Positions 1 to 11,350 of a stretch of DNA of 64,000 nt are shown piece by piece (positions within the stretch are counted from its first letter, which is position 1; every line of letters starts with the position of its first letter). The stretch is from the human T2T-CHM13v2.0 reference genome, Homo sapiens: the NCBI RefSeq assembly GCF_009914755.1, contig NC_060934.1. The stretch is one strand, 5' to 3'. Below the pieces are notes generated by a model. It had not been told where the DNA came from and did not search any database. It worked only from the letters and a program-made list of their open reading frames with translations. The position numbers and the translations under genes were made by a program.

Positions 1-890
1 TACTTGTAATTTGTAAAACACCAGGCCAGCACCTGAAATACAACTGCCACTTTTCTGCCATCTCCTAGCACCACACTGTAATAACTCTGAATTATATAGG
101 ATTGGAATTATATATGAAGTGTTCCTCAATAATTAAACTTTGTCCTGTAGTTAAAACAGACATTCAGGTGAATTGGAGTGTGAAGAATTGTCTGGTCCAC
201 TAAATTAGCCTGGTGCTATCTGTTTCTTATCCTCTTTACTTGAAATTTTCTATGTGATACCCCTTGACTAAGAAATAATCATTCCTAGTAAGAGGAAATT
301 GATCACAAACATGTTCTACTTGTGAGGAAAACAATAGAAACAAAAACTCAGTTAATAGTGAACTACATCTTGGGGAAAATACATTCAATTGCTTTGACCA
401 CCATAAACGAATCTGGATGGAATTCTGACTTATCTTTGGAAAGATGGTTGATCTTAGCTTAATCACAAAAAGGAAGACAGTGATAAAAGAGTGGGGGGAA
501 TGCTGAAATGAGTTTTTCCAGAGCACAGAAGTAGGTAAAGTTGATTGATAGCTAGTGCTACTCTCAGTGTAAGTTTCCATCAATATAATTAAATTAAAAG
601 TGAAGAGTTGGTTTGGAATTTTCTCATCACTTCTCAAAATCACAAGGGCATCTGTTAACAAAGCTGCTTTTTTACACACAAGAAACTTCAAGGGAATTGA
701 AACAAATAAGACCAGAATTATGAGACTATCGAACTCTTTTGTCTTCATTGTATTTCATCAAGTCTCTGTTTTAAAGCAATGAAGTAACAATATAAGGGTT
801 ACATTTCAGATGAGTAGGCACTCTGAGAGTTTTTATCTGATTTTGGATTTAACCAAACAACTTACAAGTCATTTAGAAACTAAATTCCTT

Positions 891-960
891 CCATTCATTC
901 AAAAAACATTAATTAAGCACCCATTATGTTTCAGGCTAGGTGCTGTGGATACAGAATAAG
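891..960 (-). mobile_element. L2 LINE 3' end fragment
   Basis: CATTCATTC...ATTAAGCAC...TGCTGTGGATACAG resembles the reverse complement of the L2 3' tail. Confidence 0.55.
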
Positions 961-1219
961 AAAATATTTAGAAAATTTTTATTGATAGTTTAGAAAGATG
1001 CAATATGTAATCTCTTAGAAATGTGAGCTTCTGTCATTGGGTACAATAAAACATAAAACTATCTCTACAAGAACAAAATGAGAGAATAAAGCAAAATAGC
1101 AATATATGAGAGAAAATTACAGGTATTCATTGACTATCACTTTGCTGTAAGTCAATGGTGGGGTGAAGTTACCTAAAATTTAATATGATTTTAGGGTGAG
1201 TTAGGTTGTCAGTAGCAGC

Positions 1220-1291
1220 TTCCTGGTGGTCTCGTGGTTAGGATTTGGTGATCTCACTGCTACACCCCAGGTTAGATTCCAAGTCAAGGAA
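1220..1291 (+). pseudogene. tRNA-Glu(CTC) pseudogene
   Basis: 72 nt align without gaps to human tRNA-Glu-CTC (TCCCTGGTGGTCTAGTGGTTAGGATTCGGCG...GGTCAGGGAA), about 15 mismatches; anticodon CTC at 1253-1255; B box mutated (GGTTAGATTCC). Confidence 0.9.
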
Positions 1292-1624
1292 ATCTTTCTT
1301 GAAAAGAAGTCAAGAGAATGTTGTAATAGTTTTCTCCTTGATTAGATTACACTGTGGGATGAAAACACAGCTAAGTAATTCATTTGATTCTATGTTTTCT
1401 ACTTTAAGAAGAATCATGTCAATATATGAGTCGAACATTGCAACTACTATAACTGAGCAAAACTTAAGAGACTTGTGAAAGGTAAAAATGTGTGCCCTAA
1501 TATTTTTGCCCTATGTGAAAGAGTGATTGAACTTCATTGACTCTTGAGGGCAGACAAGAAATAATGAGATAAATTTATAGCAGTAGCTAATGTTGAGCTT
1601 AGCTACTTTTTTTTTTTTTTTCTC

Positions 1625-2004
1625 AGAATTGAGGCAACACTTCAGCTGCTGGGAATGATCTTCTGCAAGGACCTTCTGCTCCTTTGTAATCTTCCTAAGC
1701 TGAATACAGTCTCTTCACCCAAGAGTAAGTCCCCTCCCTGGGGATAGCTCAAGTCTAATGGTCAGTTGGTAAGGTAAGTAGAACCCTCCCATGTTCTTTT
1801 GCTCAAGGCAGGGCAACTTAAAAGGCCTATTTTAGCTCCAAATGTCCATAATAGAGGCCTCTTGCAACCACAGCTAAACTCCTGCCACTGCCCAGTCCTA
1901 CTTCCTTCACTCCCCCAGACTTGTTGATGTAGGGGTTACCTTTCAGTAAACCTGTACACAAATCTCCATCTCAGAGTCTATTTCTGGGAATCTAGCTTAA
2001 GACA
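1625..2004 (+). mobile_element. LTR16-family (ERVL) solo LTR
   Basis: 3' end AAACCTGTACACAAATCTCCATCTCAGAGTCTATTTCTGGGAATCTAGCTTAAGACA matches the LTR16 terminus; 5' boundary approximate. Confidence 0.7.
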
Positions 2005-2005
2005 T

Positions 2006-2230
2006 AGTAAGATTTGAGTTCAGCATTAGGAGAAACTTTCTTACAAGTAGAATTGTCTCAATGGTATGAACTCCATCTAGAGATTGTGAGTTCTCCATTT
2101 TTGGATGTCGTCAAGCAGAAGCAAGTGACCATGACTTGAGGTTGGTGAAGAGAGAATTCTTATTTCATTAGGAGTTGGATTGAATGATTTTATGATTTTA
2201 AAAGCTTCAAAGGCTTTTAACTCTGATTCT
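2006..2230 (+). mobile_element. L3/CR1 (or MIR3) 3' end fragment
   Basis: AGGAGAAACTTTCTTACAAG...GTGAGTTCTCCATT...CAAGCAGA...AACTCTGATTCT is typical of the CR1-type 3' end. Confidence 0.55.
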
Positions 2231-3630
2231 ATACTGTATTTATAAAATAATGCAGCCACTCTCTTTATAAAATCTATCTCTGTGATGTTTTATTCACCTA
2301 AGCCTAGGTTACTTATTAGAGAAAATAATTCTTTGTACATCTTGGGCCCATACTCAACTCCTGGAAAAGTATATAACCTATAGCCTGGCCTAAGATTCCC
2401 AAAACTAACAACAAGAGACTACAGAAAGAAGATTAATTAAATATACGAAGGCAAAACATTTGGTTTTCCTAATCTTTTGAGTTATATCCCAGGTTGTACA
2501 GGATCAACAACCTGAGAAGCCCATCAGACCTCTTGTGTTATCTCTAGACCATGTCGACTGTGTTAAGGCCACCTTTAATGCTGAACACTCTAGAGGAAAA
2601 ATTTTTTTTTTTGGCTGCCCGGCATCCTTCCCTTTTCTCATGTATTGTGATGATAAACTTACAAGGTAGAGTTTGACTCTCACTGTTAAAATCCCAGATA
2701 TTTGCTTCCTCAATCTCTTTTGTAGTAAAAGCATGAGAATTTGTTTCAGGTACCACCAACCAAATTCATCTAACCCAGACTATAATCCAGAAATTATTTC
2801 TGGATCTGTTTAAAATATGGATCATGGTAGCACCAGAAGTTGTGTGTAGTTTCCAGGGAGAGTAGTGTCATTGGTGTTAGCGGCTCTCTAGTATTAGTGG
2901 AGCTTAAATCACAAGCTACATCTAGTACTCGGAAATGATACAGAACCTTTTCTGGCTGAGTATCCTCTCAGCCTAATGCTCTACCTCTTGAGGGCATTCT
3001 GTGAGTTAACAAAAATATTTTTAAGAAACATATTTTTCTGCTTTAGCCACTCAGAGTGAATCTGGATTGGTTATAGGAGCTTGCTAGATTTGAAGACAGT
3101 GAAAATCTAGCTAGTGATATCAGATAAAACTCCGGGTGTTCATAGCACAGACTTAAAAAAATAACAAAAATAACACTGATGATAACCTGGAGAAAAAGTG
3201 CCTTTTAGAATCACAGGGACTACTGCCATGGAACTCTATGAAAAAGATAAATGATATAAGAATTGTGGGGTTTGGTGGTTGTTTCTAGTGATAATCCACA
3301 CCCTAAAGAAAGGAATAGACAAGCTGGATATCTTAAAATCTAAATTCAAAACTTGGCCTGAAAATCATGGGCATCCTGTGATAGTGCTGTCAATGCTTAA
3401 TAACAGGTATTCTCCCTCAACTTCAAATTCACTTCTCTGTTCTTTGCTTTGAGAGTTAGAGTTTAACACTCAGCAAACCACCTTTCTGCTTTGCCAGTTG
3501 GCTCCCAGGTAGGCTATGTTAGCAGTGAACACTTAAGAAAATGGGAAGGCTGGAGGAGAAAGAAGATACTTGTTTCTTTCTGTTTGTTTCTCATTTCTGT
3601 CAACATCACTCAGCCCCACTTTTTCATTCT

Positions 3631-5034
3631 TGCTATGGTTTGAATGTCTCCCCCAAAACTTCATGTGTTGGAAACTTAATAGCCAATGTAACCATATTAA
3701 GAGATAAGATAAGATGATTGATTCATGGATTAAGTTATTACCCTCGGAATTAAAGTTAGTTCCCCAGAAAGTGGATTGTTATACAAGTGAGCTGGGCTTG
3801 CTCTTGCAGCCTCTTTTACATGCATTTGCTTGTCTTTCTGCTTTTTCACCATGTTATGACACAATATGAAAGTCCTACCCAGATGCTACTACCATGCCTT
3901 TGGACTTCTCAGTCTTCAAAATCATGAGCCAAATGAACTTTTATTTATAAATTACTCAGTCTCAGATATTCTGTTATAACAATAGAAAACAAACTAAGAC
4001 AGAAAATTGGTACCAAAAATTGGGGTTGTTGCTATAACAGATACCTTAAAAGGTGGAAGCAGCTTTGGATCTGGGTAATGAGTAGGGGCTGGAAGGGATT
4101 GGAGGATCAGCCTAGAGAAAATCTGTATTGCTGTAAACAGAACATTAAGGGCAATTTTGGTGAAGAGTTAGAAGAAGACTAGACCAGTGTGCTCAGGATG
4201 CAGAAAAAGCAGTCAGAGGAAATTATTTTCCAGCTTTAAGACTAAACATTGTTTTGTCTGTTGGGTTTTGGACTTACTTGGCCTGCTACTCCTTTCTTCT
4301 TACCTATTTCTCCCTTTTGGAATGGGAATGCCTATCCTATGCCTGTCCCACCATAATATTTTAAAAGTAGGTATAATATTTTAAAAGTAGGTAACTTGTT
4401 TACATGTACAGGCTAACAGCTGGAAGGAATTTGCAAGGTGAATCATGCCTTGGGTTTCACCCATATCTGATTCAATGAGACTCTGGAATTTGGACTTTTG
4501 AGTTTTTTCTGGAAGAAGTTGAGACTTTTTGGGCTGTTGGAATGGAATGAATGTATTTTACATTGTGAGAAGGACATAAATTTGGGGAGCCAGAGGTAGA
4601 ATGCTATGATTTAACGTGTCCCCCAAAAGATTATGTGTTGGAAACTTAATTGCCAATTTAACAGTATTAAGAGGTGAGCCCTTTAAAAGGTGATTGGGTC
4701 ATGAGGGCAGAGCTTTCCTGGATGGATTTATGTCATTATCTTGGGTGTAATTTAGTTCTTGTGGGAGTAGTGAATTACTTCTTGTGAGAGTAAGTTAACT
4801 CTTGAGAGAGTTGGTTATTTTAAAAGCAAGTTCAGCTTGCTGTTTTAGTTTTCTTTGCAAGCGCTTTCTTGTGCTTTTGCTTTTGTGTATGTTATGAAAA
4901 AGTACAATACAAATGGTCTTACAATATGCTGCTGCCATGACCTTGGACTTGCCAGTCCCTAGAATCATAAGCCAAATAAACTTTTTAAAAGTACATGAGT
5001 CTCATGAATTCTGTTATAGCAAAGGACAAAGATA
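3631..5034 (+). mobile_element. MaLR MST (MSTC/MSTD-like) element with two LTRs and an internally deleted internal region
   Basis: 5' LTR 3631-4001 (TGCTATGGTTTGAATG...ACTAAGACA); MST-int start GAAAATTGGTACC; 3' LTR 4602-5034; 5-bp TSD ATTCT/ATTCC. Confidence 0.85.
4353..4392. repeat. 20-bp tandem duplication
   Basis: ATAATATTTTAAAAGTAGGT x2, exact. Confidence 0.95.
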
Positions 5035-7397
5035 ATTCCAGCAATTCTCATTTATTTCTGTATCAACAATTTAATCCAATTTGCAGATTTTCAACATCTG
5101 CAGAACTGACCTATTGTACTTTCTCATAAACACAGGAGGAGCCAGCCAAAATGCCTATGGAAAACAGTTCTATCAAAAAACTAATTCTCCTTAGCCTTAC
5201 TCAAATCCATTTTGCTGTTTCCTGCTCTAGAACTAGAAACGGATTCCAGGTTAGAGTATATTCCAAGAAGGCACTTATATAAGCCAAGTTAGAAAGAGTA
5301 ATATTTCCCCTCCCCAAGTTACAAGATTTGGCTAATTCAAAATACAGAAAAATGTAAAGAATACTTTGTGAATGAATTCTGCTGTGTTAGATCAAGGAAG
5401 TAGCAAACTTAAAAGTGAATACATTTATCAAAAATTTTGGATTCAATGTGTTTAGCTCAGGTATCTTCAAGGGGTTCCTACTATTTCATCAGTTGGATTT
5501 CCTAAAACATGGACACAATTGCCAATATAAAATAAATCTGAAATATAAAAAAGTAATCCTAATATGATATCAAAAGTCTTTCCTTTATTGATCACATTAA
5601 TTAGCTGGTGGTGTCAGTCAAAGCTTCTGATCAAGGTAGGGACTCAGGTATCTGATATTATACATGCATAGCATAAGATCAGAAGTAATTTTTTAGATTT
5701 TCCAAAGATGATTTCCTTAATGAGGATTCTAGAGTTGATGGGAATGTTAATATGTCTAGCCTGAAGCAAAATTCAAGCTGCAATATGTTATAATAGCTAC
5801 TGAAATAGAACTACCTCCCTTAGTGGGGACCTTAAATACTAGAGGCCCCACATAACAATTTGGGATTGCAGTTTTAACTTGCTGTTAACTGACCTGAATG
5901 CCCGTGTGAGACCCAGCAAAAGAAGGTTCTACAGGTGGTCCAGTGTGTAGGGCAAGCTCCTCTGCTGCTTGGCTTTTAGAATATAACTGATTCAAAAGTA
6001 GTCACAATGTTTGTGGCAGATCTGGGTGCTATATTGGGTCTTTCCACAGAATCACAGCAGTGATTGTAAATTGGGATAATGTCACAGCCATGCTATTTTT
6101 GCTCAACTATTTTTCGCTATTGCTATTACCCATATTAAAGACCAAAATATGCGACATATTATAGATCAACAGGCAACAAAGATATTCTCTATTTGCCCCA
6201 CTAAATCCTGAAGTTAAACATTCCTAGACAGGTCCACCATGAAATGTGAGTGGTCTTTAGGAGATTAAGACCCTGTACATCCTAAGAATACAAGTAAATT
6301 GCAATACTAGGTGGTTTACACTACTAACGCATTTATATCTTACTTACATTGAAGCCTCAGGAGTTCCTTCTGATGAGTTGTCTGAGGAGAAAAGTATTGA
6401 ACCTTCATTTACACCCATGTCTATACAGTTTGGCACCAGGTCAGAAAGGGAGTAGAAAACCTTTTAAACCACACACAATGGTAGCCTTGAAGAATGGTGG
6501 GGAAGGAAAATTCCACCTTAGATGAGAACTTGGAATGGTTCTATTTTGTCTGAAAGGGGATTTGGCTCACGTTATGGGTCTACAATATTTTGTTTGCAGT
6601 TGTGAAAATAAAGAATGAAACATTTGTGTTACTTTTTTGTTGTTTTATATGTATGCATTTTTGTTCCTTATCTTTTATGTGAAATATATTGGTGGTTGTG
6701 AAATTTGTATTTTGGCTCACATATCACAGCTTATTAATGAGAGGTTTTTGTATTCTTGGGTGAGGTCATGACATTACTGAGTGATCCCAAATTTGGAGAT
6801 AGATGCAATTGCTGATTGGATTTTGGGAGGAGGGTAAGAGTATTTTTCAGCTGCATTATGTTAATTTTTTATGTTTAATTTTTATAGGTACACATTAGAT
6901 GTATATATTTACTGGGTACATGAAATATTTTGATACAGACATACAATATGTAATAATTACATTAGGGTAAATGGAATATCCACCACCTCAAGCATTTATA
7001 ATTTGTTTGTTTTATGAACATTCCAATTATACTATTTTAATTATTTTTAAATATACAATCAATCAATCCAGTTTTTCTATCAAGTACTAGGCCTTATTAA
7101 TTCTATCTAATTATATTTTTGTAGCCATTAACCATTCCCACTGCCCCACACTAGCCTTGCCAGCCCTCTGGTAACCATTATTCTACTCTCTATCTCCATG
7201 AGGTTGATTGTTTTAATTTTTAGCTCCCACATGAGTGAGAACATGCTAAGTTTGTTTTTCTGTGTCTGGCTTATTTCACTTAACACAATGTCCTCCAGTT
7301 CCATCCATGTTGTTGCAAATGACAGGCTTTCATTCTTTTTTAAGTTTGGCTAATACTCCATTGTGTATACGTATAATCAGTCAATGGATTTTTCCTG

Positions 7398-8083
7398 GGA
7401 AGTGTGGGAATCCTTGGTTTTTGTTTACCTTGGAAGAAATAATTCAGCTAAGAGATGTATAGCAAGGGTTAAGTAGCAGAGTTTATTGAAGGAGGATAAA
7501 GTACATCCTACAGAGGAGTAGAAAACAGCTCTGGGCTGGTTCAGCTGAAAAAATAGCAGCGTTTATTTAAGGAGACAGTACACTCTGAAAGATGAGACAG
7601 AGTGCACAGCTTGAGAGAATGAGCCAGGTGTAGCTAGTGCTGGGGGCTCTCTTTATGAGAAATTTACATTATTATTCACATAAGGGCATGAGGGAGTGTC
7701 ACTTGAAAGCATGTTTAGGGAGATTCCTTTGGGAATGCATGTTCTGTGGTTGTGCATGCTAGTACACATATTGTATGTCTCATTAGCTTAAAATCTCCAC
7801 CCAGGGGTGTGTTTTTTACTATTATAATGAGCAGAAGACTACTCTAGGATGAGGTTTTGGAGGATCACACATACTTGTTAGTGGGAAAAACCTCTAGCAT
7901 GGTTACCTCCAGCTAGGACCTGAGAAGTCCCCTTCAGGGATAGAAGAACCTAACTGCAAGGCCAGATGTAGCTACTGTAACCATTGTCCTTTTTGCTGAT
8001 TGTCAGTGGGCAGCATCTCCAGGACTTATTTTCCCAGAGGGCTCCCTTTCCTGCTCATTTTTGGCTACCTGCCTACTCTAACA
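7398..8083 (-). mobile_element. ERV1 MER4-group LTR (MER50/MER66-like), 3'-truncated
   Basis: Reverse complement starts TGTTAGAGTAGGCAGGTAGCC...ATGAGCAGG; internal AAATCTCCACCCAGGGGTGTGTTTTTTACTATTATAATGAGC; subfamily uncertain. Confidence 0.65.
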
Positions 8084-8523
8084 CCACCACATGGGAGATA
8101 AAGTTATTACTCAAATCAATCTCCCTGAAGGCTCAGAGGTTAGGGGTTTTTGAGAATAGTTAGGTGGGCAAAGGACTATGGAATGGGTGCTGCTAATTGG
8201 TTGGGGATGAAATCATAGGGATGTGGAAAGTAGTTATCCTGCATTGAGTCAGTCTCTGGGTAGGGAGGGGGTATTCACTATTAGGACATGAGTCACAAGT
8301 CCAGGTGGAATTAGACAGTCTTCAGAAATGCAAAAGTCTGAAAAGATATCCAAAAGGCAAATCTTAAGTTCCACAATAGTGATGTTATCTAACATTAGGC
8401 ATCATTAGAGAAGGTACAAATCTTGTGCTTTCTGGAACAATGGCCGGTTGTCATTTGCTGACACCTAGATCTTAGCAAAATTCAGATCCCTCTCATAATC
8501 CTAACTTTGTGACCTTTCATTAG

Positions 8524-8852
8524 CTCTTTTTTCTTTTTCTTTCTTCTTTTTTTTTTTTTTTTTTTGTCTGAGACAGAGTTTCACTCTTGTCCAGGCTGGA
8601 GGGCAATGGCATGATTTCAGCTCACTGCAACCACCTCTTCCTCCTGGAGTCAAGTGATTCTCCTGCCTCAGCTTCCTGAGTAGTTGGGATCACAGGTGCC
8701 TGCTACCACGTCTAGATAATTTTTGTATTTTTAGTAGAGACGGGGTTTCATCATGTTGGCCAGGCTGGTCTCAAACTGCTGACTTCAGGTAATCTGCCCA
8801 CCTTGGCCTCCCAAAGTGCTGGGATTACAGGTGTGAGCCAACGTGCCTGGCT
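8524..8852 (-). mobile_element. AluS
   Basis: Full dimer with T-rich tail; TSD GACCTTTCATTA/GGCCTTTCATTA. Confidence 0.95.
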
Positions 8853-11189
8853 GGCCTTTCATTAATTTTACAAAGAAGTTTAGTTTTGGGGAGGGCTATT
8901 AGCATCCTTGCTTTAAGGTTAGACTATAAACTAAATTTCTCCCAGATTCAGCTTGACCTATGCCCAGGAATGACCCAAGGAGAGCTTGGAGGTTAGAAGC
9001 AAGATGGAGTAATCTATGTCAGATTTCTCTTACTGTCATAATTTTGTAAAGGCAGTTTCATATGTGCAACATTTTCTTTGTTCATTTTTCTGTTGATAGA
9101 CTCTTAGGTTGCTTCTTGGCTGTTGTGAATGGTGCTGCAATAAATATGGGAGCGCAGATATCTCTTCAGTATACTGATTTTCTTTCTTTTGGGTATATAC
9201 TTAGCAGTAGGATTGCTACATCATATGGTAGTTCTATTTCAGTTTTTGAGGAACCTTCACACTGTTCTCCATAGTGGCTATGCTAATTTACATTACCACC
9301 AACAATATACAAGGGTTTCCTTTTCGCCACATACTCACCAGCATTTGCTATTGCCTGTATTTTGGATAAAAGCCATTTTAACTTGGGTGAGATGGTATCT
9401 CATTGTAGTTTTGATTTGCATTCCTCTAATGGTTAATAATGTTGAGCACCTTTTAATATGCCTGTTTGCCATCTACATGTCTTGTTTTGAGAAATGTCTA
9501 TTCAGATCTTTTGCCTATTTTTTGATTGGATTATATTTTTTCCTGATGAGTTGTTGGAGCTCCTTATATTATTTTGGTTATTAATCCTTTGTCAGATGGA
9601 TAGTTTACAAGTGTTTTCTCCCATTCTGTGGATTATCTTTTCACTTTGTTGATTATTATTATTATTATCATTTTGCTGTGCAGAAGCTTTTTAACTTGGT
9701 ATGGCTGTATTTGTCCACTGTTGCTCTGGCTGTCTGTGCTTGTGGGGTATTACTGAAGAAATCTTTGCCCAGTCCAATGTCCTGTAGAGTTCCCCAATGT
9801 TTTATTTTAGTAGTTTCATAGTTCAAAGTCTTAAATATTTAAGTCTTAAATATTTAATTTAATAATTAAATATTTAATCCATTTTGATTTGATTTTTGTA
9901 TATGGCAAGAGATAGCGGTCTAAATTCATTCTTCTGCATATAGATATCTAGTTTTCCCAGCAGCATTTATTGAAGATACTGTCCCTTCCCCAGTGTATGT
10001 TCTTGGCACCTTTGTCAAGTGTTCACTTGACATGAGTGAACTTGAATGAGCTCACTGCAGATGTATGGATTTCACTCTATTCCATTCCATTGGTTTATGT
10101 GTCTGTTTTTATGCCAATACAATGCTGCTTTGTTTACTATAGCTGTGTAGTATAATTTGAAGTCAGGTAACATTACGTCAGAAAGTTAAATCAAGCTAGG
10201 TGGAAATGTTTTTAAGTCTAAAGATGAAAAAAAATGGAGTACTAGGAAATCAAAATTGTGAAAATTGAGAAATTCATCAGTTTTTGTTTGTTTGTTTTTT
10301 CAGCTCTAACCTTTATTTGGGGCTATTCTCACCTTTAAACATGCAGTCTACTTTCTTCCATATAGCTGACATACCAAATGTCTACTTTCTCAATCCAGCT
10401 TGAAATTATGCTGATCCAGGCAGGTAATCAAGTTTCTAATAATCAGATCCACTTACATAGATTCTATCTGGGGAGATATTGAGGAGATAAAATAAATTCC
10501 TTGAAGAATTCATTTTGGGTAGAGAGTGATGGCAGAGCTTGCAGCTATATTGAATTAGATAAGCAATAGTGACAGTGCCCATCACAGGACCCTGTGTCTA
10601 CATGGTAGAATGTGAGGTGCAGCTTGAAGTTTCTGATCACTAGTGGTCCTGATGATCATATCTTTAGTGGACAACCTCCAAAATGAGGGAGGGCTAAGGC
10701 AACTGTTTTGCCCATGTAAACTTCACACTTGTTTATCTGGCCCTCCAAATAAATTTATCCTACATATATACAGCTTATATTTCCCAGAGTTTGTTTCAGT
10801 TGTTTTCAACTTAGATCCCTGATGAGTATTTCACCGAATATTTGGAACATATCTATAGGCATAATCTGGAGGTCATTCATTAGCTTATGTTATGATGAGT
10901 GAGGCAGGTCATGTGAAAACTCTAACTCACTGCTGTCAGATGAATCCAGGAAAATATACTAAGGCATATTCTCTCTTCTTCTTGTCTGATTCCTCTCCAG
11001 AACTAGTAATTCTATAAGGATGCACAGGTCTTTCATCTGAATAAGTACCTTCCATGTGCCAGTAAGGGAGATCAACACTGCTGTCACCTTCTTAGGGATG
11101 AATCCCTGATTCTCCATCTCTCTAACTAGAAGATATCCTTTTGGTACATGTTTCCTTGAAAACTACATTTTTCTTTCCTAATTATAATT

Positions 11190-11350
11190 ATACTTGTAGC
11201 TGATTTTTTAGAAATTATGTCTTTATCCACTAGAATTTACAACACATGAGGACAGGGATCTTATCTGTGGTGTCTTTAATGTCTAAAACAAAGCCATGCA
11301 CAAAGTAGGTATAAAATAAATAGCTGTTGAGTGAATGAATAAAATGAATG
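11190..11350 (+). mobile_element. L2 3' end
   Basis: CATGAGGACAGGGATCTTATCTG...AGTAGG...AATAAATAGCTGTTGAGTGAATGAAT. Confidence 0.75.

Larger units (their letters stand above)
3405..5245 (+). mobile_element. LTR33-like ERVL LTR, split by an MST element
   Basis: CTTTGCCAGTTGGCTCCCAGGTAGG...GAAGGCTGGAGGAG (about 3490-3560) and its continuation after 5035 resemble LTR33; boundaries approximate. Confidence 0.5.
3050..6600 (+). mobile_element. Ancient ERVL-class internal region (gag/pol remnants), fragmented and interrupted by later LTRs
   Basis: Decayed ERVL-like coding motifs: gag WILRVxDxG-like at about 5370-5400; pol ALQQVQAAVQAALPLG-like at about 5925-5975; GVPYDQLxEEEK and LKDSGEGKS-like at about 6360-6515. 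Confidence 0.65.
7372..9060 (-). mobile_element. LTR8/LTR8A-family ERV1 solo LTR carrying nested insertions
   Basis: Reverse complement starts TGAAACTGCCTTTACAAAATTATGACAGTAAGAGAAATCTGAC...CTCCATCTTGCTTCTAACC; TSD TACG/TATG. Confidence 0.8.
6865..10170 (-). mobile_element. L1MA-type LINE-1 3' portion (ORF2 C-terminus plus 3' UTR), interrupted at 7372-9060
   Basis: L1MA 3' UTR motifs (GGGTAAATGGAATATCCACCACCTCAAGCATTTA); antisense ORF2 sequence (GAGATGGTATCTCATTGTAGTTTTGATTTGCATT); sequence is contiguous across the insertion. Confidence 0.9.

Noticed and set aside
236-748. 170-aa minus-strand ORF
   Set aside because: No recognisable domain, composition typical of AT-rich non-coding DNA, and no promoter or splice support
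9189-9584. 131-aa hydrophobic ORF
   Set aside because: Antisense reading of L1 ORF2; a common artefact
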